Source of the DNA: the human T2T-CHM13v2.0 reference genome, Homo sapiens
Length of the DNA stretch: 64,000 nt
Reading direction: 5' to 3' (one strand)
NCBI RefSeq assembly: GCF_009914755.1
Contig: NC_060929.1
In this document: in pieces, positions 1-14,260 of the stretch
How the letters are laid out: each line of letters begins with the position of its first letter
Numbering within the stretch: the first letter of the stretch is position 1
Notes under the pieces: generated by a model
The model's database searches: none
What the model was told of the DNA's origin: nothing
The model's input: only the letters and a program-made list of their open reading frames with translations
Program-made: the position numbers and the translations under genes

Positions 1-518
1 TGCTCAGATCCAGAGTCCCCAACTCTGTTCTCTGTCACAGCTGCGGTTCTCCAAGAACTTGCATTGGACAACTTCCTTCCCTTCCCAGTCTGGCAAGTCC
101 TACCTGGGTTCATTTCTTCCTCATTCATGGTGTCCAGAGCACTTTGAGTATTTTGTGATGATGATTATTATTTTTCTTGTTCAGGGAAAATTTCCCTTTC
201 TGCCCATAATACTATTATTTTTGGGCCACTTGTCTAGACGCTGCCACTATTCCCACCCATTCCCTACCCACCCATTCCCTCTCCAGTCCCTGCACACTGA
301 GGACATCCCACTCTCCTGACACCAGCTTTCCTTGGTTAGGAGTCACACATTTGGGTTTTCATCTTCATTATTTTTTTACTCTTCCCAAAATCTTTTTTAT
401 GTGCAGAAAGGTGTATAAAATTTAGAAAAGATCAATTGTCTACTTTTATTTTGAACCAACTAGTATTCAGTTTATGAAAGTTGGGAATTCAAAACTCCAG
501 TTGTTTTTGAATCTTTAA

Positions 519-954
<436 letters not shown>

Positions 955-1373
955 TAAAGGGCCTGGGAATAACGTTGGTTCCATTTACAGACCTAGATAA
1001 ATCCCATTTCATCCTGGTATATTACTGTAGTAAATAAGCATTTATACATTTTATAGTTTTTACTTTAATTTTGTTATCTGCCTTAACAAATAAAACTTTC
1101 CCTCATCCCAAATAACTATTATAAATATAAAAATATACTTTATAACGAGAGCCTTAATTATCTTTGATATTCTAGTATAATGCCCAGACTTAGTATGATT
1201 TTATCTTAAGACCTGAAGTTTAAGTCAATGACTCAAACATACATTTTAAATGAACATTAAAATGTTGTCACTTCAACAGGCCAAATCATTCCAAGTACTT
1301 TGAAATGTTTGATTTGAGAAGTTTGTCATGAGAAGCACACTAAATGCATATAGATTCCATTTCAATATAATGA

Positions 1374-1739
<366 letters not shown>

Positions 1740-1754
1740 TAAGGAAAATTTTAA

Positions 1755-1869
1755 TGGTGGGATCTTGCTATGTTGCTCAGGCTAAACTCAAAATCTTGGG
1801 CTCAAGTGATCCCTCTATCTCAGTCCTATGAGTAGCTGAGACTACAGGTGCACACCACTGCATCTGGCC
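1755..1869 (-). mobile_element. Free Alu monomer (FLAM_A-like)
   Basis: Single 7SL-derived arm: TCTTGCTATGTTGCTCAGGCT...GAGTAGCTGAGACTACAGGTGCACACCACTGCATCTGGCC. Confidence 0.75.
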
Positions 1870-2784
1870 TCTCGATTCTGTTTTAACACAAATAATATGC
1901 CAAGATCTTCGGGCTCTTAAAATTTTATTTGGTAATGCTATATTTTCCCAAGGTTAAAAGATGCTTCCCAATTTATGGAAGATAGTAGGCTCCTTCCCTG
2001 TTAATTCAGGTTACTTAAGACTGGGAGTCTTGTGAATGATCACAATGGGATACATGGAGCCCCATGTTACAGTTGTCATTTCATGGACTTTGAAATGTAA
2101 TAAGGGTGGGCCTCTTTGGTCCCGTAGCCCATTCCTCTGGCTTGATGTTTCATACACATAGCTCCCCAATTCTTCTCTTTATTCACAGAAATCTGCAGAT
2201 TTTATCCAGGTTGATCACCTGATAGAACTCAATATTTTTTTTGTTTTGTAAGAGTTGTAAATATATTTTTCCTTGACTTCTTAAGACCATTGTACCATCT
2301 AAAGACAATTGATGGAATCTCAAGGTATTTAAAAGTATAGTTTTTATTAAGTGGTAAAGATTTTTTTTCTTGGTGTGATTCTGCATTCTTTCATGGTCTT
2401 AAGACCTTACAACTCTGATGAATATTTAAGATGATATTCAGTTGAATTTTGGATAGCTCACTTGGCTTTCTCTGACTTGCTGTTACAATTTATGAGGCCA
2501 TTCTAACAACAGATACACATGTGCAAACATTTATGCACAATGGAGAAAATTTGAGCTCACAGGCCTACTTTCCACTTTTTCTCCTCAAAAAGTGTAACTT
2601 TGGTTGGAATAGAAAGAGAGGAATTGAATCTTCTTTTATTCCCTTGTGGATTATGTTGGGGAAGTAAATCAATATTAAGAACTGTATGTAAGAAAAAGGA
2701 AATTCCAAAATTTGCAATGGAGTATATTGGTATATTGGTAAGGGATAGCATAATTTTAGCCATTTCCAACTCATCTTTCTTTCA

Positions 2785-3520
2785 ACATTCATTATCAAAT
2801 ATTTACTGAGCCCCTACTATGGGTCAAGTATGGTTCCAGGTGATTTGAGATATACAGGTGAACCAAATGAACAAAGACAGATGATAAACAATCACCATAA
2901 TACAATGGTAATTTATATAATATCCCAGAAGAGACAAAATGCTGTGGCAACAGGGAACAGTGGAGTAGGGTAGTGGGGGAAAAAGAAAGGCACTGGTTAC
3001 CATTTAAATAGGGAGGTCTGGGAAGGCCTCACTGAAATGGGATAATTTGAGCAAAGATTTGAAGAAGTGAAGGGAATTAGCTATGCAGATATGTAGAGGA
3101 GAGGTTTCTAGGTAGAGAGGAGCTGCAGCCAAGGCATCATTGAGGGCAGCAAGAAGCCATTATGCCGGATCAGGGATGAGAAGGAGAGCTCTAATGGGGA
3201 CAGTTCAAGGAGGGCCTGGTGGCCTTTATGGGTGTTGGCTCTTCCTCAGAGGGAACTAGTGAACCATTGCAGGGTATTGGGCAGAGCGCTGACATGATCT
3301 GACTTATGTTTTCAGAGGGTCATGTGTTTGGAATCGACATTTGAGGAATGTCTATTCCATGTAATTACATGGAATCACAAAGAGTCTATGACCTAAGTGA
3401 GGGAGAATGGCTTGAGCCAGTATGGAAGCAGAAGAAGGAGTGAGCAGTGGTTAGGTCCGAGGTAGCCTTTGAAGGTAGAGCTAAGAGCATTTTTGACATT
3501 GGATGTGTGATATGGTGTGT
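2785..3520 (-). mobile_element. L2 LINE 3' fragment
   Basis: CATTCATTATCAAATATTTACTGAG (antisense L2 3' end) followed by typical L2 motifs GGGAAGGCCTCACTGA, TTTGAGCAAAGATTTGAAG, TGACATGATCTGACTTATGTTTT. Confidence 0.8.
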
Positions 3521-4240
3521 TTTATTTATAAAATAAACATCTAGTTTGGTGGAAATTTTCCAACTCAGTCTATTGAAGGAATTTCCAGAACTAAGCCAGA
3601 TTTTTCATCTTTTGAATGAAAGGGTCAAATTGCAGTGCATGCAATTTTACACTTTACTCATTTACAACTTATTTTATTCATGGCTGTGAATGGCACAGAC
3701 TTTATGATATGTAACTCAGAAACGGTTTCAAAGACCCCAACAAAACCTACTCATATTCCACATTGAGATAATCATTTAAATTGAAGAGAAGCACATTCTT
3801 TGTGGTCTTTGGAAGCAGCTCAGCCCTTAATGATTGTGACTCAAACAGAGGCAACACAGTTTTCATTTGAACATGTTATTCAGATACAGCAATGATATAA
3901 AAGAATATTGAGCTGGAGGTAATTTTTAAGCATTTTTTTTGATAAGAAGGATATCTGCTTACCATTTAAAGAGACTCAACTTGTTACAGAAATATATAAT
4001 AGAGAAAGGGAGAATCTCCTGTAATCTTGCCCAAGAGTTTGTTGAAGATGCTGAAGGGAGAAAAGACGGCTGGGCTGGAATGTGTCTACCTGCAGACGTT
4101 TCGAAACCCCTCTGAAGTTTAATCATGGGAGTTGTTGGGATTGCCCTGGCCACACACAGACTGTAATTAGTTTGAGCTTCGGCTTTGATTTGTTGGCCCA
4201 GGCTGATGCATTTCTGAGTGCCCAGGAGAAGCACAGCAAC

Positions 4241-4470
4241 TCAGCCCCCGCTAGGTGCGGGATGCCCGGCAAGCCCCAGAAAGGTTCTGTTCCGTCCGGT
4301 GCAGGCAGCGCAGTGAGGCTCAATCTGACTGCTGCTGGCTCTTCTCAGGCCCACCGCCTCTCTGCCCCTGACCGGGAGGATTTGATGCCCTTCAAAATGT
4401 AGAGCCTATTGATCTGTTTTCTAGGCAACGAATGCTGAAGCCATGTCCACTAATGTGGCTGCAGAAGGTT
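4241..4470 (+). promoter_or_regulatory. Small CpG-retaining GC-rich element with RFX X-box (candidate promoter/enhancer)
   Basis: 9 CpGs in 4241-4430 against a CpG-poor background; GTTTTCTAGGCAAC at 4416-4429 fits the 14-bp RFX palindrome GTTRCCATGGYAAC. Confidence 0.45.
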
Positions 4471-5189
4471 AAATATGGATTTGGCAAGAATTATGAGCTG
4501 CCCACGAATGTTTTAGAGATGGTCTGAAATGTAGACATAGAGAAAGAGGCAGCTCAGTGGCGGGTTTTGTGGGCACGTGTGCATCTCCTGAGGTGAAAGT
4601 TATGTCCTTTGTGTTTAATTGGCTTTGCAGTATCCTGGATCTTCATTATACAATACTCATACCTGAAAAATTAGTAAAAATGGGAGGAACACAGGCAATG
4701 TCAAAGACAAAAAAAAATTCTCTTTACACATGTCTTACACATTTTTGATATTATGCATGTATTAATCAGTCACCCTGTCATTCTCCCATTGCACTCGAGA
4801 AGGTAGAGTATTGAGAGAGAGAGAAAGAATATAAAATCTTCTGTAGAAGGCAGACTTTTAACATATGCGGACAAAGAAAACAAGAATTTAGCAATATGTT
4901 ACTAAGTGACAGATTTAGAAAGTTCTTTGTCATTTGATCTTCAGGCTTTTTTCTCCTCTTGTTTTTTATACAAAGCGTGGGTAATAAAAATAGTTCTGTT
5001 GGTTTTCATTTCGAGTCTGGTTTCACGTCTGTCTTTTATGTGGTGGTAGCTGTAGTATGCTTGAATTCATAGAAAATACCTCACGGAATGCTTACATCTA
5101 CTCTTAGGATATTTTCTAGATTTTTGTTTAATAAAATGTATGTACATATGGCCTGATTCATATTAAAGTGGATTTTTGCTGAACATTTC

Positions 5190-5415
5190 AGCCTCGGAAA
5201 ACCTAGGTATGAATCTTGACTGTAATATCTCCCAGCCATGTAACCAGTAATAATATTACATCGCCTCTCTCAGGTCACATTTTTTATGTGTAAAATGCTG
5301 ATAATTGCATGTCACTCACATGACATTTCACAGGGTTGCTTGGTGTGTTACAAGAAAAATATATGAGGTAGTAAATTGCAAATGATAAAGCCCACTAAAG
5401 ACTAGTTATTAATAT
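5190..5415 (+). mobile_element. MIR fragment
   Basis: ACCTAGGTATGAATCTTGACT...CTCTCTCAGGTCACATTTTTTATGTGTAAAATG resembles the MIR core. Confidence 0.55.
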
Positions 5416-6399
5416 TGAAATATTCCTACCTTTATTTGAATATTACCATTAAGAGAACCTGTTTGAGAAAAAGTCCTAAAACGGAATTTAAAGCTCTCCT
5501 TGAGTAAAAGAGATGTGGAAATGATGGGATGGTTCAGGCTTCTGGATTTAGGTATTAGCCCTGGAGACAAACTAAAAAGGGAGGGGAAATTTTTCTAAAC
5601 AGGCTTATGGATAAGTAGATACCTCAGAGACATGTCTTTGATTTTTCAGGTGGCTGTAATTGATTTATTGTGCCTGTGTGAAGTTTGTGTGCAAATGTGA
5701 TATTAACCCATAATTATATTCTAAAAGTGTGAATTATGTAGGCAATTAAATGTTATGAGACTGAAAGGTGATGCTATCCCAGAGGTATGGTTTTGTAGGA
5801 TCAGATTTCCATTGTGTGTGTTGCTTTCCAGAATTAAAAACAGCACTCTACTCCCTCACCAGCTCCACTGTAAAAGTAACATGGGTCTGCGTGATTTAGA
5901 AAACTTTCTCTTCTGCTGGTTGTAGGGTGGAGCTTAAAAAGAAAATTGAAACTCTGCTTGTCTCGATGATCATATCTAAAAGCATATGATGTGCCACCAG
6001 ATACAGGAACAAGAAGTTCTGCTGGTTTTTCTCTGGCTTTTTTCAGAGGGTGAGGTAGAGATAATATTCTTTCATCTTCTGTGCAGTTCTAAAGGCATTG
6101 TGGATTCTCAAAAATTACTAAACTACCCATGACAGTTTCAGATCTATGGCCTGGAAGAGTCTCTGGATGGTTTAATAGATTTCACCAGTTATTTGCTTCC
6201 TGAATGAATATTCAGGTTTTGTCAAGTTCAGGAGAACAGAGCACTTTAATAATCAGGAGAGTGAGAAAGCGTATTTATTTTGTGGATGAATGACGATGAC
6301 TGCAGATGTAGCAAGTAGAACCAAATCAAAAAGTCATTAAAGATGCTAGTTGATGCTAATTGATTTAATGTGTTGGAATATCCGAGAGTTCAAAAGTAG

Positions 6400-6612
6400 C
6401 TTCGAATAAGCTGCTTTGTGGTTGTAACCCAGTTTCATCACTTACCAGATGGGAAATTTTGGGAAGGTTGCTTAGTCCCTCTGAGCCTCAATCTCCTCAT
6501 CAGCAAAATGAGGGTAGAGCTATTGTGAGCTTTCCATAAATTATTACATTTAAGGTACCTGAAAGTATACCTAGAACATCACACTCACTCATTAATGCCA
6601 GCTATTAGTTAA
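6400..6612 (+). mobile_element. MIR fragment
   Basis: CCCTCTGAGCCTCAATCTCCTCATCAGCAAAATGAGGGTA matches the MIR core. Confidence 0.75.
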
Positions 6613-6711
6613 ATATTTTAGCAAAATAATTTAAGCAAGGAAATCTCTTCATATACTGAAATTCCTTGTAAAGCCAGAATAAAAACAATGTGTTCAAATT
6701 CTTTGGTTGGC

Positions 6712-7023
6712 TTTTTTTTTTTTTTTTTTTTTTTTTTGACAGCACCTTGGTGACCTTGCTTTGTCACCCAGGCTGGAGTGCAGTTGTGTGAGCTCACTGC
6801 AGCCTTGAACTACTGGGCTCAAGTGATCTTCCCACTTTAGCCTCCTGAGTAGCTGGGATTACAGGCATGCACCACCATGCTTGGCTAATTTTTATTTTTC
6901 TATTTTTAGTAGAGATGAGGTCTTACTATGTCACCCAGGCTGCTCTTGAGCTCCTGAGCTCAAAGAATCCTCCCATCTTGGCCTCCCAAAGTGCTGGGAT
7001 TACAGGAGCCCCCATGTCCAGCT
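6712..7023 (-). mobile_element. AluJ-type element
   Basis: Poly-T, GCAGCCTTGAACTACTGGGCTCAAG (AluJ diagnostic), both arms present. Confidence 0.93.
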
Positions 7024-8849
7024 GTCTGTTGGCATTTGTATTATGACATTTGTCACAGTTGTTATGTTAATAGAATTGCTGAGAAAAAAGGGTATTGTGC
7101 TAGGTGAACCCAGGCTTCACTTTTCCTGCATCCCAGCCCTCACTGTGACGTAAAGAGGGACACTGACATGTAACAATAAGAGAAAGTACTGATGTGTAAC
7201 AACTGGGCTTGAAATGTTCCTTATACATAGCGTAAGATAGGCATGCAGCAAATTCCCATTAGCCAATTCATTTTCAAAACAACCTCTGCTATAGTTATCC
7301 CAGTTTCATATACAACATATATGGCATCTGGCCAATAACCATATCCCAAGAGTCTCTCAATCTACATGGAACTGACTCCTTCTCCATCCTATCAGACATA
7401 CCTCTTTCTTTCATTTTTTTCTGTTTCCTCCTTTCCCTCTCACAGTTTTACTGTACTCTTTGTTTTCTTCAATTTTTTTGTTCTTTTTCCCTGTCATATC
7501 TGAGGTTTTCCAAAAAAAGCTGTAGACATCCTCTACTACCTATTAAGTGACAGAAATACAGAAATTAGGCTCTCCTTAGCAGAGTATGCTTTACTCAATA
7601 AAGGAAGGATAGCATAATTTGGCCCTTCTAAATGTTAAAGTCACTGCACATATCTTTTGTTTGAATTAATCATGGTTTCCAGTCATTGTTGAAGTGAGGG
7701 TTAACTTATTTATTTCTGTAATTCTTCCTGCCCGCATATGAATACAGCAAATGGTAACTTGATCCAAGCCAAAGACTCCAAAAAAAGGAAGTAGTGGTGG
7801 GTTGTGCTTCTGTTGCTCTGGGGTTATACATTTCTTAGTGCTCTTTGGAAAAATAAATGGAGATACCAATAGGCATAATTATCACAAAGTGAAGGAGGGA
7901 AAGAACAATGAAACTGACATGAGAAGAATTGCGCATAGGTTGGCACTTCCGAATGTGGAAGTGTTGCTGCCAGGGAGGAACAGAACATACCGCTTTGGGC
8001 TCAGCTCTAATCCTGCAGAACAGGAGACCTGGCGGGGAAGGGGAAGAAAACGTGGGTGTAGCACAAAAGAAGCAGAAAGAAAATGAAGCAGTTTCCAAGG
8101 AACAGGTGACTAGGGCTCACCTAGTTGTGAAAACAGATCAGCTTTTTTTCCGAGCTTTTTTTTACTATTGAATAAAGTACAGTGACTCCTTAGACACTGC
8201 CACAGAACCTTCTTGTCTTGATGAATTGTCCTTCTTCTTAGCTTGCAGTAATGGGATTGTATATTTCCTTCTCTAGCTAGACTGGCAGCCTATCCCCCAT
8301 GTGCTATTCCTCAAGTTGTGCAATTGCACAGCCATATTTTCTTCTTTGTTCAAAGTGTGTGCATGAGGCCTTGGAGACTTCACTGTTTTGAGCTGAAGTC
8401 AGTCTCTCTTACTCTGGTCTCAAGTTTCAGTGGGTATCTGCCTGTGTTCCAGACACATTTTCTGGTTGTAATTTTTCTACTTTCTACAATGCTTAAAAGT
8501 CAATGGGAATTGATCAAGATGTAAGAAAAACTCAGAGTTGTCTTTGGAGTACCTTCACGCTTTGTGATGCCCTTCTTAGAATTAGGACATTGAGAACGTG
8601 TCTATCCTACCTCTTTAGGGCCCACACTAGGATACGTGGGACTCTGGGCAAGTATTTTTTTTTGTGGGTCTCTCATTTATACAAGCAATTCCTTTGAAAA
8701 ATGCTTTGCAAAATTTTAAACATATACAAGGTTTAGTGATTGACCACTGAAGATTAAGAATGATGGGTAAGGAGGTACTGATATATTTGTTTATTGTCCA
8801 GACTACTTGATAATTCTTTGCAGCATCCTGACACCACCTCTTTCCTTCT

Positions 8850-9670
8850 GGATCCAGGAATCATCTCTTCATATTAGTTATTGTCAAATGTGTTGTTCCT
8901 GAGTAATTCACATCTCCCACTGTGAGAAAAGGGTGGCAATCTTGTTATTATTCAAGACCTATAGCTTGTCAGAACCTGTCTGTGTTGAGACGTTCTGACT
9001 CTTCTTGCCTCTAAAGTCCCCAGTGCTATTTGTTTCATGCTGGCTACATCATTACTCATGATGCTGTACCATCCATCCTGCTGCCTGTGAATACTGGCTT
9101 CTGATGGCTTTTTCAGAGGTCGTGCCGGTGCTTCTTTGAAGGCGACCACAAATGCACAGAGTATGCAGGAAAATGTGCACAGTCATTTATTTTATGGTCA
9201 GGTAAATTTACCCTTTGGAACTTTATGGTATAAATATAGAACAACACATTTTCCAACCATGTCTTCTCTTGAACCCTTGAGGCTGTAATCACAGCACTCC
9301 TAAAATGTGATCTCTTTTCATGTTGACTGCACCCCTGGTTTCCTCACACTGTTTCCAGTGGTGGAGCAAGAAGAGTGATCCCATTTAGGCAAGGAATCCC
9401 TGACCCTTATCTGGCTCAGCTTAACCTGGGAGGGCACAGTCATCACATCAGCTGGAGGAAAGAATGAACATGGATTGGAAGAGCCTGCTGGTGTTGCAGA
9501 ACAACAATCCGGAAAGCCCTTGGAGGAGGTGGGTGAAGCCACCTTCGAGCACTATGGTGCAGCCTGCAGAGGGATGGGGGATGGCCCTGGGTTTCAGCAG
9601 CAGGGGGTCCACAGCATAAACCTTGCCTGCCACCGCGGGTGCTGCAGAGCAAAGACAGCACCATAGTAGC
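8850..9670 (-). pseudogene. Highly decayed intronless cyclin-Y-like (CCNY/CCNYL1-related) retrocopy
   Basis: Collinear motifs across frameshifts versus remembered CCNYL1: SQIRVRD/SQTDVRE, HSSCST/YSSCST, VRKPGVQST*KEITF/VSQPNLRTTVKCVTL, KVPKGKF/KVPEEYF, PDHK/PEHK, FLHTL/FVRTL, TSEKAI/TAECAI, KQIALG/KRIVLG, QAI(11 aa)LTVGDVN/QAV(11 aa)ITVEDMN. No introns; many stops and indels. Confidence 0.5.
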
Positions 9671-10479
9671 AGCAAGAGGGACAACTGAGGAGGCAGGGAA
9701 CCTCACATGCAGCTCGAACCCAAGAGCTGGCTGATGGCTGTTGGGAGCCCAGAGTCCTGAACTCATCCTGTGACCAAGTGAGTGAGAATCATTCAAAATC
9801 AGGATGTCAGCACCATTCTGGCAGCCCAATCGCACACCATCCCATGACAGCAATCCTGTGCCAGTCAGCAGAATCAATCCACTCACTAGGCTGCTTTTCT
9901 GGAACTGGAGGTCAGCCCCAGGGCCCCAGGATGACCTTGCAGGCACGAGATCTGGAGTTCTTTGGAATGTCAAGCCTACCCTGTGCATAAGAAAGTGGGT
10001 TGGAAAGAACTCTAAACGGGAGAAAGGGGGACTCGGTACAAGCAAATCCCCATTTGGGCTCAGGAAACCTGCCCAGACCACACTACCAGCTCCAGCCAGG
10101 CCCAGGAACCAGAGGGTTGGGGGTGGGGGTCTCAGAAACTATCATGAAAGACCTTTTCATGGGCCCCTGAATCATGAGGACTGAGGGAGGAGCCCAGCTC
10201 ACCTGGGTCTAAAGTGAGCCCTGCCGTTTGTTTCTTTCTGCAACAAAAAGGAGTGGAAAGGATAAAACAGAGGGTAGGCATGGAAGAGATGAGGTCAAGT
10301 ATGAACCGCTCTTGGAAGCCTGAGTCCTGATAAGGGCTGTCCACGGGTTGGCCCCTATTCAAGGGCTAAAAGTTTTCCATCAAATAATTTAACTAATATA
10401 TAAACAGTCACAGCAGCAGCAACAGCAGCAACAAACACTTTTATAATGAAGCTCTACCTATTCTGCACTGGAGGGAGAA

Positions 10480-10878
10480 AATGCAAGAAAGGATATTATT
10501 TGGTCAATGGACAAAACTAGAATATGATTGTTAGATTAGAAAAAATTATTGTATCAGTGCAAATACATGAAGTTGATGAGTGTATGGTGATTGTAGAAAA
10601 GAATATGCCATAGGATACACTGAAGTATTTAGGGGTAAAAAACAATGTTCAGAAAAAAAGTATCTATTTATCTGTCTATCAATCATCTGTCAGCCTACCA
10701 ATCTATTGATCTATTGATCATCTATCATCTATTGCAAATGACAGAGCAAATGGGAATAAACTATTAACAGCAGCAAAATCTGGGTAAAGGCTAAATGGAT
10801 GGATGATCTTTGTACTATTTTTATTTTTGCAACCCTTTGTAATGTTAAAAATTATTTCCAAATAGAAAGTTAAAAAGG
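10480..10878 (+). mobile_element. Ancient L1 3' end (L1ME/L1MC4-like) with internal (TCTA)n tract
   Basis: ACACTGAAGTATTTAGGGGTAAA...AATCTGGGTAAAGG...TTTGTACTATTTTTATTTTTGCAAC...ATTATTTCCAAATAGAAAGTTAAAAA. Confidence 0.75.
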
Positions 10879-11226
10879 TTATCCCAACACAATGTATCAC
10901 TTCTGGTAAAATTAGTTATAACAATGTTTTCTTCCCTTCCCCCATCTTCCCCTTCCCATCCCCCACCCCCTTTCCTTTCTTCCTCTTTCCATTTTCCCTT
11001 GGCATCATATAAATGAATATAGTTAGGGAACTTCTGGCATACTGGCATATTCCACAGATTAAAAGCATTTAAAATTAAAGAATTAAAGGGAAGTATTGGC
11101 TAGATCTAGGATGGGCGAGATGGCAACAGAGTTGCAAGCAGAGGCAAGAGGATCCAGAACTTGACTTTGTGTTTCTGTAGCTAATAGGAAAGTTGTATAG
11201 AGAACTTGAGTAAAAGAATCACAATA

Positions 11227-11792
<566 letters not shown>

Positions 11793-11837
11793 TAGAATGT
11801 CCATATTTCTAATCTAATGGTTGCCAGGGGCATCACA

Positions 11838-11985
11838 GCATGCCATAGTGGTTAGTAATGTGGGTTCTGGGAAAAAAAGAGTTTGAGTTTAAGATAAGCT
11901 TTTGCATTTCCCACCTGGGTGATCTTAGACAGATGGCTTCATTTTATCATGTCTCAGCTTCCTCACCTATAAATGGCACCGGATA
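11838..11985 (+). mobile_element. MIR fragment
   Basis: TAGTGGTTAGTAATGTGGGTTCTGG...GTGATCTTAGACAGATGGCTT...TCTCAGCTTCCTCACCTATAAATGG. Confidence 0.7.
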
Positions 11986-14091
11986 GGAATATCTTCGCCT
12001 GAAGGTACCAGAAAGTATGACTTACAGTAGCTTAAACAAAGAGAAACCCAAAGAGCAGGTGCTGCTGATCAATAGTGTGAGAGAAATGAGGTTTTTTGTC
12101 TCTGCCACACTTTGTGTGCGATTCTACTTTTCATACAAAAAGAAGGGAAAAGAGGCATGGGAGAATTTTTGCTGAGTCTGCCTTTTTATCAGAAAATCAA
12201 AGCTTTTCTCAAATTTCCAATAAGCAGAAACTCACTTATGGGCCTGATTTGTATCTCCTGACCACCTTTGCTTGAATTTGGGAGAGAAAGGAGATTATAG
12301 ATAGGGCTTAAGTCAGACAATCAAGAGTGTGGGTTATTGTGTGTTACAGGGTTCTGAATATTAAATGAGCCAACGGCTGTAATGTTCTTAGAAAAATTCA
12401 CAAGTGCTCAATTGTTAGCTTGTTATCATTATTGGTAATACTAATAGAAGTGGAATTTTTATGTACATATTGAAAATATCATCAGAAATAATTTTGATAA
12501 GACCTGTGGAAACAGGGGAAAAAAGATGAAGTCAACAGCTCCCTCCTTAGTTTCACCCTTGGAGAAGGCTTAGAAGGAAGTGAAGCATTGATGTGTAAAC
12601 CACCTACATGCTTGCAAACACCTGTGATTGACCCTCTCTGTAGGCCAGGTAGGACTGTGGGACCTGCTTCCATAGAGAAGGGCTTGTAGATTTCGAAGAG
12701 GATGCTGGGATCCCAGAGTAGCACAAGTGGCTGCACTTATTCACTTATTTTGATTATAATAATATATGTGGTCATCAGTTTCTCCCTGATTTTCCATGTG
12801 GTTGGGCTATATTTATTTTGTTGGGGTTGGCTCAGAGTAGACACAACAATCTTTGCCTTGAACATTTTCGGTGAGCCATGTTGCCCTTCCTGGAAGTAGG
12901 GGTGCTTTGTCTGTCCACTGGGGCTCCATGTACACAAGTACACCCACATTTTATTGGTGGCTGTTTTCCAAGTTGCTAGCTTGGCGCTTTTCAAAATGTG
13001 CTGAATGGCCGTTTGGAACTTGTCTCTGCTGACTCCACTGGGCTCGGTTTCAAATCTCTCCTAATCCACTAATGAACCTTTATTAAAGTGGGAGAGAGAG
13101 GTTGAATCAGTCTTTGGCCGCATTATTAAAATAAAGTAGGAGCAGTGAAATGATCAAAACAGAACGATAACAAAGGAAAGCTCAGTCTCTCCACCACTCT
13201 CTATTCAGTTCTTTAAAGCTGATATTTTTGGGGAAGAAATGCCAATATTATTAGATTAGTTTTCAGTAGTCTTTAACTTTGTTTTATTTTAACTTTAATT
13301 TTGTTTTATTTTTCAGGGAGGAGACTGTCATTCACCAGCAAACCCCTGCCCCCTCACTTTTTCTTTTTTGTAATTGGAAGTTCAGGTTGAACTGCTCTGT
13401 AGTTATTCACCCACTTCTGCTGGTCAAAGGCCCATGAGGATTTAAATGACTAAATAGGCCATAAAATGCCAACCTTTTAGACGTCTAAAAAGTGTCTGCT
13501 GGATCAAACAGTCATCACGAACCACCCTTAGATTCCTCTGCCACCCACTCTGCTCCCTGTGTCTGGGACACCCTGAGTCCACAGTGACTCTTTGCCAAAG
13601 TATAAAGAAACCACCATGTACCTTTTCAAAAATGTCCACTTGTCCTTAAAGTCATGAATAAAGGAAGAGATGGCTTCCAGATATGCAACTGGACTTCCGA
13701 CAGCCATCATCCTCTAAAATTTCCCTGTGTTTTGACTGAAGTTATCCACCCACTTCTGCTGGTTCCTGGCTCACATAAACATTGAGCAAGTAACTTTCCA
13801 TTAGACCCAGAGGATAGACTAGGATAGAGTTCCGAGTGTCTGAAAATTCCTGGTCCCCAACAAAACTGTGTTCTGCTCAATAATTTATTTCGTAAGAAGT
13901 TATAATAAGTCTAGTCATTAAATCAAAAGAGAAAAACCTTAATGAAGTATAATATTGCTTGGTACTTGTTTTTGTCAGTTCCATTTCTTCATTAACTTTT
14001 TGATTGGGAAAATAAAGATAATTACACAAATCTATTCTCAAATTTAGCCATGGATGATTTGATTTCTCTTTCTGTCTCTTCTGTGCCTGTG

Positions 14092-14094
<3 letters not shown>

Positions 14095-14134
<40 letters not shown>

Positions 14135-14260
14135 AGAGAACAGAGTTGTCTCTTTCTCTCTCTATATATATACAGAGCATATATATGTGTGTGTATATAT
14201 ATGTATATGTATGTGTATATATATGTATATATATATATAGAGAGAGAGAGAAAGAGAGAA
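14095..14260. repeat. Compound microsatellite (CA)n-(CT)n-(TA/TG)n-(GA)n
   Basis: Directly visible dinucleotide runs. Confidence 0.95.

Noticed and set aside
9300-9560. Resemblance to DUSP (VLEGGF, SSCST) or ZDHHC motifs
   Set aside because: No HCxAGxSRS or DHHC follows; the cyclin-Y comparison explains many more collinear motifs.
9448-9684. Signal-peptide-like ORF SLLLLLWCCLCSAAPAVAG
   Set aside because: Non-ATG start, short, and it lies within the putative retrocopy's decayed 5' end.
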